Source: a bacterium (lineage in GTDB: Bacteria; Electryoneota; JAOADG01). Taken from it: DNA of 64,000 bases. Position 1 is the first letter of the stretch. Each line of letters begins with the position of its first letter. Of this stretch, positions 47,901 to 56,947 are shown one piece after another. The position numbers and the translations under genes were made by a program. The stretch lies in the NCBI GenBank assembly GCA_963681965.1, contig OY820579.1:3392001-3456000 (forward strand), written 5' to 3'. The notes below the pieces were generated by a model. That model made no database searches, was not told the DNA's origin, and saw only the letters and a program-made list of their open reading frames with translations.

Positions 47901-50900
47901 TGCCGATTGCGCCGGGAAGTGAATATCGACTGGCGGACGATTCCCCGTCGATGCATCGTAGGGAATCGGAGGCGACCACTCATTCAATAAGGCAGTACCG
48001 GTGTTTGGATTCTTAGCAAGGAACGCCAACAGCCAACTGTAATTTTCGATATTGAAGGTGTAGTCGGAAGTATCCCAAATCGCAGCATTGCTGACTGATC
48101 GAATCCGAATCTTCGAATTCTGATTGGCAACGCCGGTCGGCGACCATAATACTGATCCGGTATTGGGCGTACTGGCGATGATGTTTTCCCACTGCGCCGT
48201 ATAACCGCGCCGTAAATCGACGGCAAGATGACAAGTGTCGCTCAGGTTGTAGCTGTTCCAACGGATCGTATCCTGCAATCCGAAATAGAAATGCTCACCA
48301 TCGTTCGGTCGCGAGATCGTAATGGTGGAACTGACGATGCGGAATGGCACGTCGCTCCAGTCGTCAATGCCCAGATCGGTGTCGACGATGTAGATGTACG
48401 CATTGTCCGATAATGGTGCGGTAGGCGTCCAATGACAGTGGCCATCGGTCGATGAAACTCCCGATGCAATTAATTCTAGTTCGACTGGATCGATTCCATT
48501 ACGACTTACATAAACATCGTAGCGTGTCGGATAGGTTGTACTCCAACAAATGGAATCCGGTCGCCCGACGATTAATTGTTCGCCCCCTGCCGGACGAGTG
48601 ATGACTGCTTGACGATTGACGATCGCGAAAGTTTCAGTCGTGTCGCCATACTGAGGATAACCATTCGGTATCACTGCAATTCGTGCGGAATTGGTTGGCG
48701 CGCCCGACGTCATCCATAGATACTGGTAGCTTGACGATGAAACATTGTTGGCAAGCGTTATCCAAATCGGTCCGGGATAGGCGCGATTCAATTTGATCGT
48801 GTAATTGGTAGCACCGTGCCAATCGCCATAGTTCCAATTGATTGTGTCTTGTTGACCGACAAAGAAAGTGTCGATACCGGACGGATGGAAGATTGTTTCC
48901 AATAAACTGTAACTAATCAAACTGGTATATTGCGGTTGTGAAATCGATGAAATGCGAAACACTGCGGATGCTGCCGGAGCGGTGACTGTCCAAGTTTCAT
49001 TCCCGTCGTTCGGAGTAGTATCGAATAACATTTCCCATGTACCGGTGGGATAATTGCGATTCAAATCGATCCGTACATTTCCGGGTAAGTTGCTGGGAAG
49101 CCACTGTAATGTCAAAGGTAAGTGAATACGCGGTCCGTAACTGTAACTATTGTAGTTTATCACGGATAGCGGATAGTAGATCTTCACATTATCGGAAGTA
49201 CTAGTCCGGAACGGCTCTTCGACACTTTCCAAACGGAAATTGGTCTGACCACTATATCTTCCGAACGTATTGGTAAATCCGAATAGGGAAGAATCGACAG
49301 AATAGATGTAACTACCCGTATTGGGCACATTATCGAAGATGGTGACCCAGCTACCCGGCGGTATTGAATTCCACTTCTTAATCCGAACATGTCCACCGAC
49401 GTTCGATTGCCAGCGAATCGTGTCGGTCATTCCGACATAGATCGTATCGACAGTTGAAGTATTCAACAATGAGAATATCGGTATAACGAGCGAGAAATCG
49501 CTGTCGCTCATATCGGTCAGCGTTGGATACCGCTCCGATACGACTCGAATTCTTCCCTGCGTCGCCGCAGTGAGAAGCGAATCACACCAATCGAAAGATC
49601 CCGATGCGGGAAGTCCATTGGCGATCAGGCTCCATACGCGTGTTGTTGCAGCCTCGCGACTGTATTCCAGCCGCACGGTTCCCGATAAATTTGTCGTCCA
49701 GCTAACGTTGGTGTGACGACCGTAAATAATCGATTCACCTCCATTTGGATACACGATACTGAGTGTCGGTTCGAAGATTGAAAAATCAGTCGAATTCGAA
49801 TCACTCATCGTGGGATTCTGTACTGAAGTGATCTTAATGCGGGCATGAGTAGTCGCCGGTGCTGTGACCGGATTCCAGAGATATGAATGTGACGTTTCGG
49901 GAATATTTGCAGAGAGCGATGTCCAAGTACCAATCCCGCTAGCGCGGTTGAGTTCCACATTCACCGATTGAACGCCGGAAACGTTATACTTGATTGTATC
50001 GACTTGTCCGATCGGGTAGGCATCTCCTCCGGCGGGCTTGATCAATTTCACCGCTAATGGTTCATCGACACCAGCAGCGGGCGTTACCGGATTTCGCCGG
50101 GTACTATCGAAATCGGTCATTGCCCAACTGATCGGCGATCCGCGGAATAGTGCCGGGCTACCCGATAACAGATGGTAATCAAGATTGGTTCCCATCGCAG
50201 ATAAGCATGGGTCGCCCCAATATGAATTGGGATCGACTGTACTGGACTTCCATGTTGACCAGGGAACCGCCGATTCCGGTGTAAACACATCAACTGCGGC
50301 ACCGCCTCCAAGTTCGATCGGACAATACAAAACATTGTTGTCGATCGTTCCCGATTGCCATGCACGGTAATAAATTACATGTCGATTTGTCGCCGAATGA
50401 CTACCATAACTAGCATTCACAAAAATATTGTTGCGTACAATTCCCGTTTGAATTCGGGCACAAGCAGATCCGTATGTCGAATCGCAGTCCAGCACGACGG
50501 TATTGTGAACGATGTCGGAGTTACCCTCACTGTAGATACCGAAGACCCGGAAACCAGTTGCTTGCGAGTTATTGCGAAGATCGTAAATCACATTGTTCGC
50601 AATCTGAATCACATTATTGGTATAACCGACATCGATTCCAAACACCATTCCCGAACCCGAAAGGATCGATAGATTGTGAATCCGATTGCGCACGAACTGG
50701 CTCGCTGCCACGTCGGATTGCGCTTGGATACCGTAGGTGTAATCGCTGGTCGTTAACGCAACATTCTGAATCGTGCAGTCGTGCACATTAATCCCAAATT
50801 GTCGATTCAGAAATATTCCGTAGCCGACACTGTTGGTCGCACCGACCGTGAAGCGATTGGGATCATCCGGATTGGCGGTCGTAGAACCGATTTCATTGCA

Positions 50901-53885
50901 GGAATCGCGACCGACGATACCATCCATAAACATACCGAGCAGGCATCCGGATATTTTCAAATTGAGAAAGCGGTTGTATGAATTCGACGACTCTGTATTT
51001 GCATCATCGTGATTCGATACAATACCCGTTTGTTCGAAGGAATATCCCCGTGTCAGCGTAATCGAGGAATTGCTGATGGTGTTGTGACTTGCACCGTTCA
51101 ATAACCGAAATCCATTTTTACCGAATCCATCCTGATCGGAAACATTGATGCCATCGAAGGTAATCCAGCTTGCACCGTTCAGCGTGACAATATCGGTCGA
51201 TACACCAGGCGCGACGATCGTTGCGTTGCGTGTCGCACAGCGGAAGACGAGCGGATTGCTCGCTCCGATATTGTATATCGGAGTGATCGTTACAAGTTCC
51301 CGATAAATACCGGGAAGTACATTGACAGTCAATCCACTACTGCCGATGCCTAGATATGTAAGATCGCTTAAGACGCTGGCAAACGATGGATAGTCCATAC
51401 CCCCCATTTCAATCGAACCGGTCATTCCCGGATGCGTCGTAAACATGCGAGGAGCAGAAATATGGGTCGTCCCGGGGGGGTTGCTGTTTTCTTTGATGCG
51501 CCAGTAATAGGTCGTATTGATATTGAGTGTAGATATGATCGGATTCAAATTGTACCAGTTCGATGCAATCACCGCAGATGGTTCGAAATTCACCACATCA
51601 GACAATGACGTCGAGAGATAGACATCGTAGGTATTGTAACCATGCATCGTCCAAGTAAATTCGAGAATTCGCGGGATACCGCTCTCACAGTCCTGCGGTG
51701 AAATCAAATCGGGAAACCCGTATATTCCGGATTGCGAGTGAAACGACCAAACCGGACTAGCAAATTCCGAAGAGCCATACTTCGAAACAACTTTCCAATA
51801 ATATGTGGACGACGCCGTATATGATCCGGGATTGAACGTTGTATCGGTGATATTGGACGCAATTTTCATCGGTGGTGGATTGGACATTCCGAAATAGACA
51901 TCGTAGCCATCGGCACCAATACAACTATTCCAGCGCAAACCATCGTTGATAGCGGCATTTCCGCCATTCATCGGAAATGAGTTCGCTGGAATCTGATTGA
52001 GTGTTGTAAAAGAACTGACGTTACTTGTGGTAGTATAATCACCATTTCGCGACATCACCTTCCAGTAATAGAGTGTTCCACCAGCTAGTAGACCAGCGAC
52101 ATAACTGGTGCCGGATTGATTGCTGGAAACAATCGTTGTAGGTGGATTTGTCGTGCCAAGATAAACATCGTAACCAGTAGTTGTCGCAGTGGCATTCCAG
52201 CTCAACGTAGGATTTAATACCGAATTGATCGTTCCGGTCACAGGCAGCAAATTTGTCGGTTGTTCCGGAGTCGGATTATTGATTCGAACCGCAAGTCCCG
52301 GTACAGCATAACTTGAATTGTATGCTACAAGTGTCCCGGTCGTACCGGTACTGTTTTCGATTCCGATCGTCGCACTATTATTGATGGTTCCGATACTATC
52401 GTATTGAAACAAAATCGAGTTATCGCTCTGTTTCAGGATTGCTTGGAACTCACAAGTCCCCGTACCCGATATTCGCGGGCAATGCCACGTTACGATCAAT
52501 TGATTGCTGAGTGTCTGATATTTGACATAATTTCCGGTTCCCGTATTGAGCGTCAGATCGTCCCAATAAGGGGCAATCATCGAATTCGGTACTGCCGCAT
52601 TCGGCAGCGAAGTATTGTTGTATACCGTGGAGGTAGTTGAAGTATCCAGCGTAATCCACCCATTCGTGCAGAGTTTGAAATGAGTGAAATATTGTCCGTA
52701 GTAATAAAAGGGAAATCCAATCGGAAGTGCACTAGAAGTCGAATCGTCACCGCCGGTGTAAACAGTGGTTCCGGTCGTGGAAATATCGACCCACGCGAAT
52801 TCAGGACCAATGTTATCAAAATTGTCGTGCCACCGGTACCCGCCGGCATCGGCTGCTCGGATTGTGAACGACCATACAGCACCGGTATTGGTAGTAGTGC
52901 TATTTCGGGAAACGATTTTCCAGTAATAAGTCATGCCGTCGACCAAACTAAAAGCAGGATAGGTCAATCCCGTTTGATTGGACACGACTTGCGATGTCGG
53001 TGGATTGAAAGTGTTCAAGTAAACATCGTATCCAGTCGCATTCACTGCCGACTGCCAATTTAATATTATCATATTCCGTTGATTGGTGACGCCATTGACA
53101 GGACTATTGTAAACTGGCATACCCAGATAGGTTGCGTCGGGATAAATTCGAACCGCTCTGCCAGCTACGGCATATGATATGTTAAAATTCACAAGCGAGC
53201 CGATCGTACCGGTAGCGTTTTCGACACCGATCGTCGCGGAATTTACCGTCGTTCCGAGAGAATTGTATTGGAAAACGATGATACCACTGGGATAGAGAAT
53301 TGCCTGAAAAGTGTATGTCCCAGTAGCCCCCGAACGAGTAGTGCCAATCCAACTCACTACCAAATTTCCACTGACCAATTGGTAACGAATATTAGTCGAT
53401 ACCAGATCGTCCCAGAATGGCGCGACTAAAGCATTGGGAGCAGTTGAAGTCGGGATTGTCACATTGCTGTAACTTGTGATAGTCTCAGCAGTGTTCAATG
53501 TTATCCAGCCATTCGTACTAACTTTAAATTGCGTATAAGCGGTTCCGTAAAAATTGAAAGTGAATCCGATCGGTAATGCAGCGGAGAGAGATTCATCCCC
53601 GGATATACCGCAACTCGTTCCGGTACTCGAGATATCAATCCAACTGTAGGTCGGACCACCAGGCTCGCCATTGTTGTCGATCCACCGATACCCGTAGTTA
53701 TCATATCCTCCGGATGCATCGATCGATTGTGGTATCGTTATAGTAGGCGTATCGGGAAGCTTATCGAGAGCCTGATTCGGTTGTTTAGCGAAAATCGGTA
53801 CTGATGGGTAGAGGGTTGTTAGCAGTGCGAAGGTGATCAGTAAATAATTCAACGATCTATCTGAAAAGATTCGGCGGAACCGCAT
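44979..53885 (-). CDS. Giant modular secreted protein B: signal peptide, 2 nidogen-like domains, FN3-like domains, one beta-helix unit, 13 Ig-like modules, 2 copies of the unknown domain, C-terminal FN3-like domain
   Basis: Likely ATG at 53885 with GGAGG 5 nt upstream (alternative start 53897). Hydrophobic N-terminus; PIGF.F.FYG..Y..F.VSTNGWI..APFWDDL twice; ATGYDVY..YYWK repeats; PNGGE modules. Confidence 0.9.
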   Translation of the reverse strand: MRFRRIFSDRSLNYLLITFALLTTLYPSVPIFAKQPNQALDKLPDTPTITIPQSIDASGGYDNYGYRWIDNNGEPGGPTYSWIDISSTGTSCGISGDESLSAALPIGFTFNFYGTAYTQFKVSTNGWITLNTAETITSYSNVTIPTSTAPNALVAPFWDDLVSTNIRYQLVSGNLVVSWIGTTRSGATGTYTFQAILYPSGIIVFQYNSLGTTVNSATIGVENATGTIGSLVNFNISYAVAGRAVRIYPDATYLGMPVYNSPVNGVTNQRNMIILNWQSAVNATGYDVYLNTFNPPTSQVVSNQTGLTYPAFSLVDGMTYYWKIVSRNSTTTNTGAVWSFTIRAADAGGYRWHDNFDNIGPEFAWVDISTTGTTVYTGGDDSTSSALPIGFPFYYYGQYFTHFKLCTNGWITLDTSTTSTVYNNTSLPNAAVPNSMIAPYWDDLTLNTGTGNYVKYQTLSNQLIVTWHCPRISGTGTCEFQAILKQSDNSILFQYDSIGTINNSATIGIENSTGTTGTLVAYNSSYAVPGLAVRINNPTPEQPTNLLPVTGTINSVLNPTLSWNATATTTGYDVYLGTTNPPTTIVSSNQSGTSYVAGLLAGGTLYYWKVMSRNGDYTTTSNVSSFTTLNQIPANSFPMNGGNAAINDGLRWNSCIGADGYDVYFGMSNPPPMKIASNITDTTFNPGSYTASSTYYWKVVSKYGSSEFASPVWSFHSQSGIYGFPDLISPQDCESGIPRILEFTWTMHGYNTYDVYLSTSLSDVVNFEPSAVIASNWYNLNPIISTLNINTTYYWRIKENSNPPGTTHISAPRMFTTHPGMTGSIEMGGMDYPSFASVLSDLTYLGIGSSGLTVNVLPGIYRELVTITPIYNIGASNPLVFRCATRNATIVAPGVSTDIVTLNGASWITFDGINVSDQDGFGKNGFRLLNGASHNTISNSSITLTRGYSFEQTGIVSNHDDANTESSNSYNRFLNLKISGCLLGMFMDGIVGRDSCNEIGSTTANPDDPNRFTVGATNSVGYGIFLNRQFGINVHDCTIQNVALTTSDYTYGIQAQSDVAASQFVRNRIHNLSILSGSGMVFGIDVGYTNNVIQIANNVIYDLRNNSQATGFRVFGIYSEGNSDIVHNTVVLDCDSTYGSACARIQTGIVRNNIFVNASYGSHSATNRHVIYYRAWQSGTIDNNVLYCPIELGGGAAVDVFTPESAVPWSTWKSSTVDPNSYWGDPCLSAMGTNLDYHLLSGSPALFRGSPISWAMTDFDSTRRNPVTPAAGVDEPLAVKLIKPAGGDAYPIGQVDTIKYNVSGVQSVNVELNRASGIGTWTSLSANIPETSHSYLWNPVTAPATTHARIKITSVQNPTMSDSNSTDFSIFEPTLSIVYPNGGESIIYGRHTNVSWTTNLSGTVRLEYSREAATTRVWSLIANGLPASGSFDWCDSLLTAATQGRIRVVSERYPTLTDMSDSDFSLVIPIFSLLNTSTVDTIYVGMTDTIRWQSNVGGHVRIKKWNSIPPGSWVTIFDNVPNTGSYIYSVDSSLFGFTNTFGRYSGQTNFRLESVEEPFRTSTSDNVKIYYPLSVINYNSYSYGPRIHLPLTLQWLPSNLPGNVRIDLNRNYPTGTWEMLFDTTPNDGNETWTVTAPAASAVFRISSISQPQYTSLISYSLLETIFHPSGIDTFFVGQQDTINWNYGDWHGATNYTIKLNRAYPGPIWITLANNVSSSSYQYLWMTSGAPTNSARIAVIPNGYPQYGDTTETFAIVNRQAVITRPAGGEQLIVGRPDSICWSTTYPTRYDVYVSRNGIDPVELELIASGVSSTDGHCHWTPTAPLSDNAYIYIVDTDLGIDDWSDVPFRIVSSTITISRPNDGEHFYFGLQDTIRWNSYNLSDTCHLAVDLRRGYTAQWENIIASTPNTGSVLWSPTGVANQNSKIRIRSVSNAAIWDTSDYTFNIENYSWLLAFLAKNPNTGTALLNEWSPPIPYDASTGNRPPVDIHFPAQSAGHPNPDTVRVFYRRSDTDDLAKRINRYWTIDPSSKQFESVDLTLRFSTADLPFGIADPVNADPGLMAVYSDDDGLTWIYEPGGACTVDNLASGTSGGTTFQFSVAGISHMSMWALTNDGLQPRLTYPNGNDTIVIGNTITFRWTNSIRGGNVAIQVNRNYPSSNWESIITSTANDSLENWVVSGAITSAARFRIVSTLYTSDGDTSNANTVIRSSGAMPVVSVTYPNGGEAFRVGAVDTIRWSAPTLSGNVSIQLNRNYPSTTWETLFSNTANDGKEAWTIAGTETVNARIRIRSYTTPTVGDTSDANFEIYKRTVKIGYPNSGEILTLNVADTIKWTSRDVTGNVQIKYTRSYPNPPWLTVPGATAVPVSRGYYLWTPSGTSTTNARIAIIPASYATAADTSDAAFSIQDRQITLTRPNGGEAFIRNRADTIRWVATYTGNVSLFLLRNGINGIEEIISAVDTIPSRRGYYVWTPTGTLTDSAYIHIVDTYYGLEDWSAAPFKIVNSSVSVTRPNDGEIFYLGLPDTIKWSNINLTGNVAIDLRRTITGSWENLAANQTNGGTLVWMPTGNPTISAKIRIRGVTETTTSDTSDFPFSVSYYPWSSISLMSSNPSFLVDSHIAWSPVIPYDLASNSLPPVELSFPTQTGLYTNPDRIELSYSPYNIDALTPERTITRCWITTPTQEQYLNASLGLRFTTSNLPSGIGDPLTSSPAIHAVYSDDGGTTWHFQSGGTIALDNGTTNSYKFTLNNLNHLSQWALTNGGLEPMVVRPNGSETLYLGHQDTIRWSSKILGGTVTIQLDRNYPSGTWETLFASIPNDSLEVWTVSGATTNNARLRIFSDWFATDGDTSNLVFHIAGIDTPAVPRNLSVSVSNQNTLLTWSRVDSSTAGRLMTVTGYRVYSCDTYLSTWLLRTSLSGAANTSWTDTNAVILAPKRFYRVRAFTDNSSDDMAPSDALRQTALPNRVMKISK

Positions 53886-53915
53886 TGGATCCTCCATTCT
53901 ATTTCGTAAATGTCA

Positions 53916-53955
53916 GTTGACTATAATAATACCGTACTTTTCGAATGAACACAAC
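53916..53955 (-). promoter_or_regulatory. Candidate sigma70-type promoter for giant protein B
   Basis: Minus strand TTGTGT-17 nt-TATTAT in the 54016-53898 intergenic region. Confidence 0.35.
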
Positions 53956-54016
53956 AATAATTTCGTAATCTTGCGATTATTCAACTCACTCGCAGGTGCT
54001 ATCCTCTCGCAAGAAG

Positions 54017-56947
54017 TTACTTTGTTTCCAACGCATTAAGTTCTTGAAGTGTTTTTTCTTCAGCATTACGATCATTCACTTCGCGATGGATTGACAGCGC
54101 CATGTGATAGAACTCGCGCGCTTTATCGGTTTCGGAATTGCGGCGGAACAAATTGGCAAGATTTGCCAATGCTAATCCTTCACTTCTCCGTTCTCCGATT
54201 TCGTTGTAAATCTGACACGCATTGCGACACGTTTCGATCGCAGTTGCGATATTTCCCATTCGAACTTGAAGTTTCACAAGATTGCTCGATAATCTTCCCT
54301 CGGCACTGCGATCGTGCAGTAATTTCGAACGTTCGCGACAACTGTCCAATAATTGTTCGCACTGTTCCCATTCGCCTTTACCGAAATAAATACCAGCAAG
54401 ATTCTGCTCGAATACATTGACCGAGTGAGTCTCTTTCAACGCACTCAACTGCTCGATCGCAGCTTTTAACAACTCTTCCGCTTCGGCAATCTCGCCGCGG
54501 TGATTGGCAATCAGACCGAGATTTCCGATTGCCAGCGCAGCAGTTTTCGCATCCGATTTTTCCAAAGCCAATTCGCTGGATCGCTGGTAATGTATAGCTG
54601 CACCATCGATATCGCCGATTAAGTAAAGATAATTCCCGATCCGGTTTTCGACTGTCGCCGTGTGACCGGAAAAATGTTCCATTTCTACAAAGAAGGATAA
54701 CCGATCAAGAATGAGCTTCTGTTCGGACCGTTTCCCAAGAATTGCATAAACACCTTCAAGTTGACTAAGCAAATCATAATACGATTTAGCCAATTGATGA
54801 TGAACCATATCCTCGTACCGCGGAAACCAATCCAAAATATTTTCTGCCATTTTTGCGGCTTCGCGATTGTGCCAAGCCCGGCGAAGTTGCTTCACAGCAC
54901 GCGACCCGTATTCCAACGATTTAGTTAAATCCCCGGCATGATACCAATGCTCGGCTAGAACGCCCGAGAAATATTCGGCATCGTTACCCAGAATCTCTTC
55001 AAGCGATTCCGCAGTCAAACGATGAATTAACGAGCGATTTTCTTTCAAAAGCGTCTGATACGCTACCGTTCGCGATATCGTCAATTTGAATTTGTATGAT
55101 GTCTCTTTCAGCGAAGTGATGTTGCGAAGAAAATCGCGAAATACTAATCCATTCAGTAGTGGTTCGGCATTTTCCACATGCGATAATTTTGTTTTTACCG
55201 ATTGAAATAGCTTTAAGGAGAAATCGAGTCCCATCACCGAGCATTGTTGCAGTACCTGTTTTTCTTCGTGTGGAAGCCGATCGACCCTTGCTCGCACCAA
55301 ACTGGTAATACTATTTGGCAAATCGCCGTGACCACTGTCGGTTAATCGCCAGTGTTCGTCTTTGAAGTGCAAGGTGCCGCTCTCCAGCCAATCCAACACG
55401 AATTCTTCGGTGTAAAATGGATTTCCCTGCGAAAATTCGAAGATCCGTTCGATAATCGTCTTATTCAATTTTACCGGTTCAGCGGAAGAACTATAAGCCA
55501 TCAGCATCGATGAAACATGATGCTGCGCTTGTTCCAACGTTAATGGTACAATCACTCGCTCGTGATAATCGACATAGGCTTCGCGAAGATCCAAAGTCAG
55601 ACGTTGTCCGTCGTCGCGATCGGGTCGAAAGGTGGCGAGAAAAAACATCGGTCGAAACGAATCGCAATTGGTGATCATGAATTCGAGAATTTCCTGCGAT
55701 CCCGAATCGAGCCAATGCAAATCGTCAAGGAAAAACACGATGCGAGGTAAATGATCGGCTAAGATCTGAAAGAGATTGCGGATTGCCAATTTCGATTGTT
55801 GATACAAAACTTGATCGGATAATTCCGATAATTCTTCGGATTCAAATCCCAAAATGTGACAGAGGAATGGAAAACAGGCTTGATATTCGGGATTTTCGCT
55901 TAGACCATACGCCGAACCGAATTCGTAGTATAACTGTTCAAACCTCGCCAGTTCCGATTTATCGTCGGTGATGCGAAAGAAATTGCGAAACAAATTTGCC
56001 CAAAGGTAAAACGGCGGTTGCGCGACCGACATCGTGTGACCGCGCAACAACGTGATCTCGTGATGAGATCGTATATGCTTCAAAAATTCGAAAACCAAGC
56101 GCGATTTACCGCACCCCGGATCGCCACGTAGACCGATCATCGTGTGTTTAACGCCACCGCGCGGATTGATTTCGGTAGGCGAATCCAGTGCTTTCCAACG
56201 CTCCTTGATAAATTCCAATTCGGAGTCGCGTCCGATAATCGGTACCGATTGCATCCACGATGTTCTTTCCCAGCGTGCTTTATGGATATCGCCAAACCCG
56301 ATTAGCCGATACGTATGAATTGGTTTACTCACCCCTTTGACTTCAACACCGCCTAAATCTTCCCAGATAAAATGATCGTGCGTCAATTTGACGACCGAAC
56401 TGGTGACTTGCACGGTGTTCACTGCCGCGGTGGATTCCATCCGCGATGCGACATTGACTGCGGTTCCCATGGCAGTGTGATGTCCGGTCGGATCGGGTCC
56501 AAATGTAACCCAACCGAAGTTGATACCGCACCGTGCACCGATCCGGATTCCCAATCCCGACACGGCGTCATCAAGTGTCTTCACCGCCTCGACCAATTTC
56601 ATTCCACAACTAACGGCGAGGTAACTGTCGTTTTCCGATGCTTGTTTCGCACCGAATAGCGCCATTACCAAATCGCCTTCGTATTTGTCGACATAACCGC
56701 CATGATGTTCGACAATTTTATGGAGCACTGTCATAATTCCGTGTGGACCATTGATGATCGAATTGATCGCCTCGGGATCGTTCAATTTTTCCGATAATGC
56801 GGTGAATCCTTTCAAGTCGAGAAATAGAATTGCGATTTCTCGGCGTTCACCCGGAAGCAGCTTGGGCGTTGGTGGTCCGGATTTATCGCCCGTCGAACCC
56901 AATTTTTTCAATTGTGCGGTCAACGAAGCAAGTAGTTGATCACTCAT
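54017..56947 (-). CDS. Class III adenylate/guanylate cyclase - STAND/AAA ATPase - TPR protein (copy 2)
   Basis: Full-length paralog of 11502-14435, starting MSDQLLASL; GDPGCGKS and FFLDDLHW motifs. ATG at 56947 overlaps the upstream TGA (ATGA), with SD GGAGG at 56958-56954. Confidence 0.92.
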   Translation of the reverse strand: MSDQLLASLTAQLKKLGSTGDKSGPPTPKLLPGERREIAILFLDLKGFTALSEKLNDPEAINSIINGPHGIMTVLHKIVEHHGGYVDKYEGDLVMALFGAKQASENDSYLAVSCGMKLVEAVKTLDDAVSGLGIRIGARCGINFGWVTFGPDPTGHHTAMGTAVNVASRMESTAAVNTVQVTSSVVKLTHDHFIWEDLGGVEVKGVSKPIHTYRLIGFGDIHKARWERTSWMQSVPIIGRDSELEFIKERWKALDSPTEINPRGGVKHTMIGLRGDPGCGKSRLVFEFLKHIRSHHEITLLRGHTMSVAQPPFYLWANLFRNFFRITDDKSELARFEQLYYEFGSAYGLSENPEYQACFPFLCHILGFESEELSELSDQVLYQQSKLAIRNLFQILADHLPRIVFFLDDLHWLDSGSQEILEFMITNCDSFRPMFFLATFRPDRDDGQRLTLDLREAYVDYHERVIVPLTLEQAQHHVSSMLMAYSSSAEPVKLNKTIIERIFEFSQGNPFYTEEFVLDWLESGTLHFKDEHWRLTDSGHGDLPNSITSLVRARVDRLPHEEKQVLQQCSVMGLDFSLKLFQSVKTKLSHVENAEPLLNGLVFRDFLRNITSLKETSYKFKLTISRTVAYQTLLKENRSLIHRLTAESLEEILGNDAEYFSGVLAEHWYHAGDLTKSLEYGSRAVKQLRRAWHNREAAKMAENILDWFPRYEDMVHHQLAKSYYDLLSQLEGVYAILGKRSEQKLILDRLSFFVEMEHFSGHTATVENRIGNYLYLIGDIDGAAIHYQRSSELALEKSDAKTAALAIGNLGLIANHRGEIAEAEELLKAAIEQLSALKETHSVNVFEQNLAGIYFGKGEWEQCEQLLDSCRERSKLLHDRSAEGRLSSNLVKLQVRMGNIATAIETCRNACQIYNEIGERRSEGLALANLANLFRRNSETDKAREFYHMALSIHREVNDRNAEEKTLQELNALETK

